Below are positions 1 through 9,134 of a stretch of DNA of 64,000 bases, in pieces. The notes beneath the pieces were generated by a model, which saw only the letters and a list, made by a program, of their open reading frames with translations, did no database searches and was not told where the DNA came from. The stretch covers positions 97,072-161,071 of the forward strand of contig CAZGPH010000002.1 of assembly GCA_964527965.1 (NCBI GenBank), given 5' to 3'. The number at the start of each line of letters is the position of its first letter. The stretch's first letter is position 1. The stretch is from an uncultured Marinoscillum sp. (GTDB taxonomy: Bacteria > Bacteroidota > Bacteroidia > Cytophagales > MED-G16). Position numbers and translations under genes: made by a program.

Positions 1-506
1 TCATGATAAGACTTTTGAAGTTTGTACTTATCTCGAAATGTTTCAGATAAAACATCCCCCACCCTTAGTCCGTGTCTACCAATTTTATCTTGATAAGTTG
101 GCCCAATCCCTTTTAGTGTAGATCCTATTTTTTTTTCACCCTTATTTTCTTCAAGAACTTTATCAAGTAACCTATGAACAGGTGATATTAATTGTGCTCT
201 AGTAGAAATTGTTAAAATATCTTTTAAATCCATACCGAATTTCTCCTGTATTTGAGTGATTTCTTTCATAAATATAACGGGATCAAGCACAACTCCATTT
301 CCTATTATATTTAATTTATCTTTTCTAAAAATACCAGAAGGTATTTGGTGTAAAACATGTTTTATGCCATCAAACTCTAATGTATGACCTGCATTTGGGC
401 CTCCTTGAAACCTAGCTATAAAATCATAATTTGGAGCAAGAAAATCAACAATTTTACCTTTTCCTTCATCTCCCCATTGAAGTCCTAATAGTACATCTAC
501 AGACAT
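1..506 (-). CDS. purA: adenylosuccinate synthase, N-terminal part (gene runs off the window start)
   Basis: Absent from the ORF track because it has no stop in the window. Manual minus-strand translation from the ATG at 506-504 gives MSVDVLLGLQWGDEGKGKIVDFLAPNYDFIARFQGGPNAGHTLEFDG..., which carries the GDEGKGK P-loop and GGxNAGHT motif of AdSS. Confidence 0.9.
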   Translation of the reverse strand, partial: MSVDVLLGLQWGDEGKGKIVDFLAPNYDFIARFQGGPNAGHTLEFDGIKHVLHQIPSGIFRKDKLNIIGNGVVLDPVIFMKEITQIQEKFGMDLKDILTISTRAQLISPVHRLLDKVLEENKGEKKIGSTLKGIGPTYQDKIGRHGLRVGDVLSETFRDKYKLQKSYH

Positions 507-944
507 TTATTTTTTATTTTTTTCACCAAAGAAATAGAGCGAATGATTTTTAATTTTAACATCAAACATTTCCTCCAATGTGTTTTTTATTGATTGTATC
601 CTTGGATCACAAAATTCAATAATCTCATTATCATCCAATATAATATGATCATGCTGTCTATTTCCAAAAGATTTCTCATATTTTGCTAAGTTTTCTTTAA
701 ACACATGACGAGTAACCAATTCTAAACTAACTAACAAATCCAAAGTATTGTATATTGTTGCTCTACTAACTCTATATTTTTTTTTAATCATCTGAGAATA
801 AAGTTCATCAGCATCAAAATGGTGATTGAATGAATATATTTCATTTATAATTGCATACCTCTCAGGAGTTTTTCTAAGGCCTTTTATTTCTAAGTGATTA
901 TCAAGAATTTTTTTTACTTGTTCTAAGATCGCTTTAGCTTTCAT
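507..944 (-). CDS. Fur-family metalloregulator
   Basis: 145 aa. Has an N-terminal winged-helix pattern (LRKTPERYAIINEI...SRATIYNTLDLL) and a RQHDH metal-site motif typical of Fur/Zur/PerR. The stop abuts the purA start. Confidence 0.8.
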   Translation of the reverse strand: MKAKAILEQVKKILDNHLEIKGLRKTPERYAIINEIYSFNHHFDADELYSQMIKKKYRVSRATIYNTLDLLVSLELVTRHVFKENLAKYEKSFGNRQHDHIILDDNEIIEFCDPRIQSIKNTLEEMFDVKIKNHSLYFFGEKNKK

Positions 945-946
945 AT

Positions 947-3154
947 CTATAAATCTATTCTTTCAACATTATTAACATTTGGAACACTTCGTAATTTCTT
1001 AATCAATTTAGATAATTGCAAGGTATCAGAAACAAATAAATCTATTTTTCCATCAAATATCCCCTCATTTAATTCAACATTAATAGATTTCATGTTAACT
1101 CTGAGTTGAGATGATATTATTTTAGTTATGTCATCAATTACCCCCACTCTATCTGTACCATCTATTGAAAGGGAGGTTATTAGCTCAATTCTTGATTTAG
1201 AATACCAATTTGCTTTAATTATTCTATAAGCATATTTTGATAATAATTCAGGTGAATTTTTACAATTAGTTCTGTGCACTTTTATACCTTCATTTACTGT
1301 AACAAAACCATAAATATCGTCTCCTGGTATCGGCTTACAACACTTAGATAAAGAGTACTCAATATTTTCTCTTTTACCATCAAATTCAATTAATTTATCC
1401 TTTTGACCTTGAGTATTTCTATTTGATTCTGACTTATCTAAATCAATTTGAATTATACTGTTTTTAGAGTTATCTTTTACTTTTTTAAGATGGTCTAAAT
1501 ATTCCCTAATCCTTTTAAGATTAAAAGATCCTTTAGCTATATCATAATAAAACTCTATAATACTTTTATATTGAAAATAGCTAGATACCTTAGAAATATT
1601 TTCATCAAACTCTAATCTTAATTGTTTAAATTTTCTTTTTACTAAATCTTTACCTTGACTAGATAAATTTTTTCTTTGTCTATTAATATTATTTTTAATT
1701 GCTGACTTTGCTTTTGAAGTAACAACTTTATTTAACCAATCTTCAGATGGCTTTTGAATTGTTGAGGTAATAATATTTACTTGGTCCCCACTTTTAAGTT
1801 TACAATTAATAGGAACAAGTTTATCATCAATTTTTGCCCCTGTACATCTTGACCCTAACTCAGAATGAATAGAAAAAGCAAAGTCAAGAACTGTCGAATC
1901 AATCGGTAAGGTGATTAGATCTCCATTTGGAGTAAAAACAAATATTTCTTCATTATATAAATTTCCCTTAAAATCATCTAAAAACTCTTGAGGGGAATAG
2001 TTTTTTTGACTTATCAAATCCCTAATAGAACTTATCCAATCATCAAACTGTGAATTCTTTTTAATCTTTTCTTTGTATTTCCAATGAGCTGCAAATCCTT
2101 TTTCAGCTATCTCATCCATCCTAGAGCTTCTAATCTGAACCTCTACCCATTTTCCTGAATTACTCATTACTGTAGTATGTAAAGACTCATATCCATTTGT
2201 CTTTGGAGTAGATATCCAATCTTTTAGCCTATCAGGATTTGGGTGATAGCAATCAGTTACACATGAATAAGCTTGCCAACATTCAGTTTTTTCATTAGTT
2301 ATTTCTGATTTGAGTATAATTCTTATAGCAAATAAATCATAAATTTCTTCAAAAGATTTTTTTTGTGATTTCATCTTATTACTTATTGAATAGATTGATT
2401 TTGGCCTACCAATAATTTTAAAATTTAGATTATATGATGATAATTTAATTCTAATTGGTCTTATGAAAGATCTTATAAACTTATCTCTAGATGATTTAGT
2501 CTCACTTAATTTTTTAGAAATTAATTTATAACTTCTGTTATCTGTATATTTTAAATATAAATCATCTAACTCAGATTTTATAGAGTATAACCCAAGTCTA
2601 TGAGCAAGAGGAGAATAAATATATATTGTTTCTGAAGAATTTTTAAGTTGAGCACTTCTTGTCATACTATCAAGAGTTCTCATGTTATGTAGTCTATCAG
2701 CAAGCTTAATTAATATAACTCTTACATCATCAACTAATGTTAATAACATCTTCCTGAAGTTTTCTGATTGAATAGATGAACCTGGAGAAAGCACACCTGA
2801 TATTTTTGTCAACCCATCACATATTTTAGCAACTCTTTGACCAAATTCTTTTTCAATAAAATCTAAAGATATATCAGTATCTTCAACTACATCATGGAGA
2901 AGAGCAGCAATAATTGAAGTAGCTCCTAATCCAATTTCCTGTACGCATATTTGTGCAACACTGATAGGATGAAGTATATAAGGTTCGCCAGATTTTCTTC
3001 TCATTTGATTATGAGCTTCTAAAGAAATCCTGAAAGCTTTCTTTATATTTTTTGAATCTTCCTTAGAAATTAAAGACTTAGAGTGTCTAAGTAACTTTTT
3101 ATATGCTCTAAGAATAAGCTGATTATCCTTTTCTTCTAAAGTTATGTTTTTCAT
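947..3154 (-). CDS. bifunctional (p)ppGpp synthetase/hydrolase (RelA/SpoT homologue)
   Basis: 735 aa. Has an HD hydrolase motif (LLHDVVEDT), a RelA/SpoT synthetase core (RPKSIYSISNKM...DLFAIRII...GYESLHTTV), a TGS region and a C-terminal ACT-like region. Confidence 0.9.
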   Translation of the reverse strand: MKNITLEEKDNQLILRAYKKLLRHSKSLISKEDSKNIKKAFRISLEAHNQMRRKSGEPYILHPISVAQICVQEIGLGATSIIAALLHDVVEDTDISLDFIEKEFGQRVAKICDGLTKISGVLSPGSSIQSENFRKMLLTLVDDVRVILIKLADRLHNMRTLDSMTRSAQLKNSSETIYIYSPLAHRLGLYSIKSELDDLYLKYTDNRSYKLISKKLSETKSSRDKFIRSFIRPIRIKLSSYNLNFKIIGRPKSIYSISNKMKSQKKSFEEIYDLFAIRIILKSEITNEKTECWQAYSCVTDCYHPNPDRLKDWISTPKTNGYESLHTTVMSNSGKWVEVQIRSSRMDEIAEKGFAAHWKYKEKIKKNSQFDDWISSIRDLISQKNYSPQEFLDDFKGNLYNEEIFVFTPNGDLITLPIDSTVLDFAFSIHSELGSRCTGAKIDDKLVPINCKLKSGDQVNIITSTIQKPSEDWLNKVVTSKAKSAIKNNINRQRKNLSSQGKDLVKRKFKQLRLEFDENISKVSSYFQYKSIIEFYYDIAKGSFNLKRIREYLDHLKKVKDNSKNSIIQIDLDKSESNRNTQGQKDKLIEFDGKRENIEYSLSKCCKPIPGDDIYGFVTVNEGIKVHRTNCKNSPELLSKYAYRIIKANWYSKSRIELITSLSIDGTDRVGVIDDITKIISSQLRVNMKSINVELNEGIFDGKIDLFVSDTLQLSKLIKKLRSVPNVNNVERIDL

Positions 3155-3213
3155 TATCTCAAAATATATAAAGATAATTTAAATTAAATTTTCTCATTAA
3201 AATAATTTATTTC

Positions 3214-3221
3214 TAGATTTG
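3214..3221 (+). promoter_or_regulatory. candidate Bacteroidetes -7 promoter box (TAGATTTG) for tRNA-Leu/tig
   Basis: Perfect match to TAnnTTTG, ending 13 nt before the tRNA 5' end. No clear -33 TTG partner was seen. Confidence 0.3.
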
Positions 3222-3233
3222 CACACTTATTTA

Positions 3234-3315
3234 GCGGATGTGGCGAAATTGGTAGACGCACTAGATTTAGGATCTAGCGCCGCGAGGCATGGGGGTTCGA
3301 GTCCCTCCATCCGCA
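3234..3315 (+). tRNA. tRNA-Leu (anticodon UAG), class II with long variable arm
   Basis: Hand-folded cloverleaf. Acceptor stem GCGGATG/CATCCGC. D arm GCG-AAATTGGTAGA-CGC. Anticodon stem CTAGA/TCTAG with loop TTTAGGA. 13-nt variable arm. T arm GGGGG-TTCGAGT-CCCTC. CCA is not encoded. Confidence 0.95.
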
Positions 3316-3337
3316 CTAAATCAAAATAGAGATTAAC

Positions 3338-4669
3338 TTGAAAATAAAGAAGACAAAAATTACTAATACGGAATCTAATATAAATTTAATTTTAGAGAAA
3401 GATGATTATATAAATCAATTTGAAAAAAAATTGAAAGACCTTAAAAGAAAAGCAAACTTAAAGGGCTTTAGACCTGGAATGGTTCCCATTCAACTTTTAA
3501 AGAACTTATACGGTAAAGGAGTACTTCTTGAAGAAATTAATAAAATTGTTAGTGAAAGAATTAATAATTACATTAAAGAATCTAAAATTAAAATTATTGG
3601 AGAACCACAGCCTGAAAAAAATGAAATCGAAAAATTTGATGTCAACAATCTGAAAAATTTCATCTTTGATTTTAAAGTAGGCCATTTAAGTGATTTTAAA
3701 CTTGAATCATTTAAAAAATCTCAAAAATTTACACTAAATACTATTAAGGTAGATAATAAAATAATTGAAGAGACCATTGAAAATCTTAAAACTCAATATG
3801 CTGACGTTAATAATTTAAAAGAAGTTACTAGTAAATCATCGGTGTATTGTGAAATTAATTTTAATGATAAAACAAAAAAAGGTCTTTTAGATCTTGGAAA
3901 ACTTGACAAGGTTGAAAGTAAAAAAATTATTGGAAAGAAATCAGGTGAATCAATTTTAATTAATCTAAAGAAATTATCTAAAAATAAACAAGATTCTTTA
4001 TCTCAAATAATTGGTGAATCTATCGAATTAAATAAGTTTCCAGAGAAAGTTTCTATTAAAATAGAGAATATAATTGAAAGAACTCCTGCTAAAATTAATC
4101 CATCATTCTTCGATAAAATTTTTGGAGCAGGTAAAATCAAGAATAAAAAGGAATTTGATAGTGAAATAAGAAAATCAATTGAATTTAATTATTTAAAAGA
4201 AACTGAATTTTTTCTTAATAAAGAAATTGAAAAAAAAATTCTATCAAAAAATAAAATTGAAGTTCCAATAAAATATGTTAAAGAATGGATTTCAAACAAT
4301 AATGATGAGGAAACATCAAAAAAATTATTAAATGAGGATTTTGATAGTTATTGTAACCAAATTAAATGGTCTTATATAGTTGATGAAATAATTGATTCAA
4401 ATAAAATCAAAGTTGAAAATTCAGAAATTGAAGAAATGGCAAAAAATCAAATTCAACATCAGTTAATGTCTTCAGGAATGCAAAATATGAATAAAGACAT
4501 TGATAAATTTGTAGACAACTATTTAAGACATAATAAAGGAGAAAATTATTTAAAAATATTTAATCAATTAAAGTCAAATAAAGTTTTTAATCATATTAAA
4601 GAAAAAGTTACTATTACAAAAAAATCAATAACATTTGATAAATTTAAGGACATAGCAAAAAAAATATAG
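3338..4669 (+). CDS. tig: trigger factor
   Basis: 443 aa with a TTG start. The N-terminal ribosome-binding signature GFRPGMVP and the tig-clpP synteny support the call. Confidence 0.85.
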   Translation: MKIKKTKITNTESNINLILEKDDYINQFEKKLKDLKRKANLKGFRPGMVPIQLLKNLYGKGVLLEEINKIVSERINNYIKESKIKIIGEPQPEKNEIEKFDVNNLKNFIFDFKVGHLSDFKLESFKKSQKFTLNTIKVDNKIIEETIENLKTQYADVNNLKEVTSKSSVYCEINFNDKTKKGLLDLGKLDKVESKKIIGKKSGESILINLKKLSKNKQDSLSQIIGESIELNKFPEKVSIKIENIIERTPAKINPSFFDKIFGAGKIKNKKEFDSEIRKSIEFNYLKETEFFLNKEIEKKILSKNKIEVPIKYVKEWISNNNDEETSKKLLNEDFDSYCNQIKWSYIVDEIIDSNKIKVENSEIEEMAKNQIQHQLMSSGMQNMNKDIDKFVDNYLRHNKGENYLKIFNQLKSNKVFNHIKEKVTITKKSITFDKFKDIAKKI

Positions 4670-4670
4670 T

Positions 4671-5342
4671 ATGGACAAAAGAGAATTAAGAAAATATTTA
4701 GTAAAAGATAAAAACATAAATGGTTTAACCTTTGATAAATATGTTGAAAAGGTTGAGAATATGACTAGAGCAGTCATTGAAGAAAGACCTACTAATTTTA
4801 GAGAAATTGATGTTTTTTCTAGACTTATTATGGATAGAATTATATTCTTAGGAATGGGAATTGAAGAAAACATATCGAACATAATTACAGCTCAACTTCT
4901 TTTTCTTGAATCAGTAGATTCAAAAAAAGATATATTGTTATATATTAATAGTCCTGGAGGATCAGTCTATGCAGGTCTTGGAATTTATGATACAATGCAA
5001 TATGTCTCACCAGATGTTGCGACTATATGCACTGGGATGGCTGCTTCTATGGGAGCTGTTTTATTATCTGGAGGTCAAAAAGGAAAAAGATCTGCGCTTA
5101 AACACTCTAGGATAATGATACATCAACCAAGTGGAGGAATGCAAGGACAATCTACCGATATGGAAATTACTCTCAGACAGATGCAAGAATTAAGAAAAGA
5201 TTTATATAATATATTATCTCACCACACTGGGAAAACATTTAAAGAAATAGAAAAGGACTCTGATAGAGATAAATGGATGAGATCAGAGGAAGCTAAATCA
5301 TACGGAATTATTGATGAAATACTTCTGAAAAAGAAGTCATAA
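4671..5342 (+). CDS. clpP: ATP-dependent Clp protease proteolytic subunit
   Basis: 223 aa. Has the ClpP core INSPGGSVYAGLGIYDTMQ...GMAASMGAVLL...RIMIHQP, with catalytic Ser and His contexts. Confidence 0.95.
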   Translation: MDKRELRKYLVKDKNINGLTFDKYVEKVENMTRAVIEERPTNFREIDVFSRLIMDRIIFLGMGIEENISNIITAQLLFLESVDSKKDILLYINSPGGSVYAGLGIYDTMQYVSPDVATICTGMAASMGAVLLSGGQKGKRSALKHSRIMIHQPSGGMQGQSTDMEITLRQMQELRKDLYNILSHHTGKTFKEIEKDSDRDKWMRSEEAKSYGIIDEILLKKKS

Positions 5343-6431
5343 ACTTTTTAGTATATTTTCAGCAACTTCTTTTGAACTGTTTTTTACTCCAATAGTTTTT
5401 TTAATTTTCAAGTAATCATTTTTTAATTTTGAAATTACTTCAGATTTATTCAACCTTTTTATTTCTAAAATCAAATTTTTGGTATTAAAATCATCTTGAA
5501 TAAACTCATTAACTACCTTTTTATTTAAAATTAGATTAGTGAGTGAAAAGTACCTAATATTAACAAGCAGCTTAGCAATATAATAAGATAATTTAGATGT
5601 TTTATATACAACCACATGGGGAATATTTAGATATGCTACTTCTAAACTTGCGGTACCAGACATTACAATTGATAATTGAGATGAAGATACTATATTAAGT
5701 GTATCCTCAAATTTTATTTCAACATTTTCTAATTCTTGAATATTCATATAATGATCTTTATTAATATTATTTACAGCACAAACTATAAAATTATAATTAC
5801 TTAGTTTTTTACATAATAATATAAAAATTGGAATTGAATACTTTATTTCCGATTCTCTACTTCCAGGTAATAGTGAGATAATGTTTTGAGATGATATTTT
5901 ATTTTTTGTAAGGTTAGATACCTGTTTATAAATTGGATTACCAACATATTTAATTTTACAATTATATTTCTTAAAGAAACTCACTTCAAAAGGTAAAATT
6001 GAATATATCATATCCGTGTAACTTGATAAAGATTTAGCTCTATTTTTATTCCAAGCCCACGCCTTCGGTGGTATATAATAATGAACATTAAACTCATTCA
6101 TCTTAGAAAATTTTGCAATTCTTAAATTAAATCCTGGAAAATCAATTAATAATATTATTTTAGGATTTAATTCAAGAATTTGTCTTTTACATTTATTAAG
6201 TTTTTTTACTAAAAATCTTAATTTTTGTAAAACCTCAAGAAACCCCATAACGCTATACGAACTGTAGTTTTCAAGCATTTCAGCGCCTGCTTCCTTCATC
6301 ATATTTCCTCCCCAACAATGGATTTTTAAAGATGGTTTTTTTTTTAGAAGCTCTTTAACCAAAAAAGAGCCATGATTATCACCAGATTTTTCACCACAAA
6401 TAATAAAAATGTCTGACTTACTTTTCGCCAT
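5337..6431 (-). CDS. lpxB: lipid-A-disaccharide synthase
   Basis: 364 aa. Has the N-terminal GEKSGD motif, DFPGFNL and a LLPGSRxSEI-type motif of LpxB. Confidence 0.85.
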   Translation of the reverse strand: MAKSKSDIFIICGEKSGDNHGSFLVKELLKKKPSLKIHCWGGNMMKEAGAEMLENYSSYSVMGFLEVLQKLRFLVKKLNKCKRQILELNPKIILLIDFPGFNLRIAKFSKMNEFNVHYYIPPKAWAWNKNRAKSLSSYTDMIYSILPFEVSFFKKYNCKIKYVGNPIYKQVSNLTKNKISSQNIISLLPGSRESEIKYSIPIFILLCKKLSNYNFIVCAVNNINKDHYMNIQELENVEIKFEDTLNIVSSSQLSIVMSGTASLEVAYLNIPHVVVYKTSKLSYYIAKLLVNIRYFSLTNLILNKKVVNEFIQDDFNTKNLILEIKRLNKSEVISKLKNDYLKIKKTIGVKNSSKEVAENILKSL

Positions 6432-6840
6432 AATATTCTACAAAATTTCTAGGAGTTTCATAAAGTCTAATTTTATGTAATTTGCAGTTTATATTTAAAG
6501 ACTTAATCCTTTCATCTAAAATTTCCCAAAATTTTATAGTAACATTTTCAGTTGTGGTTATAATCCCATCAAGAAACGGCACATCTATATTCAAATTCTT
6601 GTGGTCAACTTTATTAATAATTTCATCTTTTAAAATTTTAGATAAAATTTTCAAATTAATTAACATTCCACTTCCTGGATTAATTTTTCCTTTTAGTGTC
6701 ACTTCAATTTCATAATTGTGACCATGCCAATTTTTATTCGAGCAAACTCCAAATTCTTTTTCATTTTTTTCTTTGGACCAAGAAGGGTTAAAAAGTTTAT
6801 GCGCAGCATTAAAATGTTCTTTTCTAACTATATATATCAT
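6418..6840 (-). CDS. queD: 6-carboxy-5,6,7,8-tetrahydropterin synthase (6-pyruvoyl-tetrahydropterin synthase family)
   Basis: 140 aa. FNAAHKL...CSNKNWHGHNY matches the PTPS/QueD zinc and catalytic motifs. Confidence 0.85.
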   Translation of the reverse strand: MIYIVRKEHFNAAHKLFNPSWSKEKNEKEFGVCSNKNWHGHNYEIEVTLKGKINPGSGMLINLKILSKILKDEIINKVDHKNLNIDVPFLDGIITTTENVTIKFWEILDERIKSLNINCKLHKIRLYETPRNFVEYYGEK

Positions 6841-7331
6841 TTTATTAAAACTTTTGGTGAATCATCCAACTTAACTTCAACGTGTTCAGTCTCAGAGGTA
6901 CTTAACTCAAGTCCTTTATAATCAGGATTTAAGGGGAAGTTTTTATAGTATCTTTCAATTAGTACAGCTATTTGAATTTTTTTTGGGTTAAATTTTAAAA
7001 GTTCATTTATCGAGTACATTAGAGTGCCCCCAGAATTCATTACATCATCAATAATTACTACAACTTTATTGCTTAGCATTTTAGAATTTAATGATGGAAT
7101 AATTTTGTCAATAGACCTAGACTTTTTTTCAATTTCTATAAAGTGGAGATTTAATTTTATTTTTGAAAACTGAGTTAAAAATTCTGAAATTTTATTAGAG
7201 AGATATTTACCGTTTGGAAGAACCCCAACAAGAAATATTTCATTTTCATCAAAATTTTTTTCTAAAATCTCAAAAGAAATTCTTCTTATTTTATTATTAA
7301 TATCAATTGAGTCTAATATTATATTTTTCAT
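6837..7331 (-). CDS. phosphoribosyltransferase-family protein (PyrR-like)
   Basis: Has the PRPP-binding loop VVVIIDDVMNSGGTL. I moved the start to the ATG at 7331 (MKNIILD...) because the track's longer start (7418) overlaps the upstream Lrp gene by 80 nt. Confidence 0.7.
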   Translation of the reverse strand: MKNIILDSIDINNKIRRISFEILEKNFDENEIFLVGVLPNGKYLSNKISEFLTQFSKIKLNLHFIEIEKKSRSIDKIIPSLNSKMLSNKVVVIIDDVMNSGGTLMYSINELLKFNPKKIQIAVLIERYYKNFPLNPDYKGLELSTSETEHVEVKLDDSPKVLIK

Positions 7332-7338
7332 ATCTATT

Positions 7339-7797
7339 TTAAACAGGGATAACCTTGTTATCCTTAAAAGTAGATAGAATAACCATTGACTGCAAACTAT
7401 CAGCAACTTCAATCTCACTTACTTTTTCTAACATTAGAGCTTGATATGATTCAATATCTTCGGCAACAACTTTTAAAATAAAATCTCCACTTCCAGTGAT
7501 ATGATGACACTCAACAATATTTTCTACATCTTTTATTTTATCTAGAAATGATACTAAATTTTTTTTATTATGACCTTTAAGCGAAACCATAACAAATGTA
7601 CTAACTCCCAATCCAATTTTAGATTTATTTAATTTTGCATGATAACCACTAATTATTCCATTTGATTCTAATTTTCTAACTCTTTCAAGTGTAGGAGCAG
7701 GAGATAAACCAATTTCCTTTGATAGCTTAGCGTTTGTTATTTTAGCATTCTTTTGAAGAATATTTAAAATTTTTTTATCTATATTATCTAATTTCAT
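7339..7797 (-). CDS. Lrp/AsnC-family transcriptional regulator
   Basis: 152 aa. N-terminal HTH (LDNIDKKILNILQKNAKITNAKLSKEIGLSPAPTLERVRKLE) followed by a RAM/AsnC_trans_reg domain. Confidence 0.85.
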   Translation of the reverse strand: MKLDNIDKKILNILQKNAKITNAKLSKEIGLSPAPTLERVRKLESNGIISGYHAKLNKSKIGLGVSTFVMVSLKGHNKKNLVSFLDKIKDVENIVECHHITGSGDFILKVVAEDIESYQALMLEKVSEIEVADSLQSMVILSTFKDNKVIPV

Positions 7798-7883
7798 ATT
7801 AAGAATTATATTTGGTAAAACGAGTTTAAATAGATGAAAGTTTTGTTTAGCAATGAATTTATTAGAAATAAAAAAATTTATTT

Positions 7884-9080
7884 TTATTTTTTGATATAAT
7901 CTCTTGATTCAATATTTAATTTATCTTTTCTATTTGTGAGTTTTAATACTTTTTTAAAATAATATTTAGCCTCAATTTTTTTTCCAATTTTTAAGTGGAG
8001 TTTACCAAGTAGAAAATTTGAGTAAATAGTATATCCTAATTTTTTATTTTTAAATTCGTTTGAAAATTCAAGAGATTTTTTTAAATGAAAAATAGAATTT
8101 TCAAATTTTCTCTCAGAAAAAAACACTTCACCAAGAAAGAAATGAGCTAGCCTAATATCATTTTGATTATAACCAAACTTTCTATTTTTATAATAATCTA
8201 TAATTTTTAGTGATTCAATTTTACATAAAGATAAATTTGATGTTCTATATAGTTGCTGAGAGTAATATCTATGAAATATAGAATTATTTGGAAATGTATT
8301 ATGAAGATACTGAGATAAGTATAAAGATTTTTTTAGATTATTTTCACCTGAAAAAATTCTAACTAAAAAATACTGAGCTTCTGTCCTAGTATAAAATGAA
8401 TTATTTGCAGCATTATTTAGCTGATCAATCCCTAACTTTTTATCCCCTTCTGGGAAAAGACCCACAATTGGTTTTAATAAAGGGTATCTGTCAGATATCC
8501 AGATAGAATAATAATTAAAAAGTCCATTTCCAAATGATATTTCTGGAATCATAATATCATCTTTCCTTATCTCTTTTAAGTATTTAAGTGCATTCATACC
8601 AGCAAATGCAGCTGCTCTCCATTTTCTCCTTTCAGATAATAATCTTCCTTTAAAACCATATGAAGCGGCTAAGAAAAAAGCGCCATCAATTTTATTTCCA
8701 TTTTCATAAACTTTCTTTGATAAAAAAATTGACTTATCCATAAGAGACAAAAATTCTTTGTCTAATAATTTTAATTCATCTGTTATTTTTATTTTAGGCA
8801 ATCCAGAATAAGAATCAATTTTCCACCATTTACTCAAACCTAATAAAAATACTGGAAGAGGATGATTTTTATATTCTTGTACTAACCACTTAAATTCTTT
8901 TTCTGCATCGTCAAATTCAAAATTATACATTTTATTAATTGCAGATGTAGCTTCAATTTGAATATCTATATCTGTCAGGATACTAGTTGAATCTTGCGAC
9001 ATAGTAATAATCGAATTGAAATTAAAAAGAATAAAAATTTTAAAATATAAAAATCTCACAACACAAAATAACTGAATCAT
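7884..9080 (-). CDS. conserved hypothetical protein with TPR-like C-terminal helices
   Basis: Long ORF with no recognisable catalytic motif. The C-terminus has TPR-like helical repeats. The start is uncertain; an alternative ATG lies at 9002 (MSQDS...). Confidence 0.5.
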   Translation of the reverse strand: MIQLFCVVRFLYFKIFILFNFNSIITMSQDSTSILTDIDIQIEATSAINKMYNFEFDDAEKEFKWLVQEYKNHPLPVFLLGLSKWWKIDSYSGLPKIKITDELKLLDKEFLSLMDKSIFLSKKVYENGNKIDGAFFLAASYGFKGRLLSERRKWRAAAFAGMNALKYLKEIRKDDIMIPEISFGNGLFNYYSIWISDRYPLLKPIVGLFPEGDKKLGIDQLNNAANNSFYTRTEAQYFLVRIFSGENNLKKSLYLSQYLHNTFPNNSIFHRYYSQQLYRTSNLSLCKIESLKIIDYYKNRKFGYNQNDIRLAHFFLGEVFFSERKFENSIFHLKKSLEFSNEFKNKKLGYTIYSNFLLGKLHLKIGKKIEAKYYFKKVLKLTNRKDKLNIESRDYIKK

Positions 9081-9134
9081 TAAGAATATGATTATAATTA
9101 TTTTAATTATTTTCGCCTTTATTCTTTGATTAAT

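Noticed and set aside
4625-4882. Antisense or overlapping track ORFs. The full set is 4625..4882, 6482..6715, 6718..6921, 14556..14915, 18694..18882, 18719..18919, 19533..19715, 21033..21281, 26930..27118, 28265..28462, 31935..32198, 37868..38056, 40008..40196, 43309..43626, 45193..45420, 51731..51919, 52060..52527, 54298..54498, 54721..54924, 56217..56399, 56242..56499, 57267..57497, 58964..59386, 59593..59802 and 62356..62616.
   Set aside because: Each lies inside a longer ORF with a clear conserved-family signature, on the other strand or in another frame. Their translations are low-complexity, which is expected for chance ORFs in AT-rich DNA.
7332-7418. N-terminal extension of the PRTase ORF (MRLKLLIVCSQWLF...)
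   Set aside because: It overlaps the 3' end of the Lrp gene by 80 nt. An in-frame ATG at 7331 gives a normal PRTase N-terminus.
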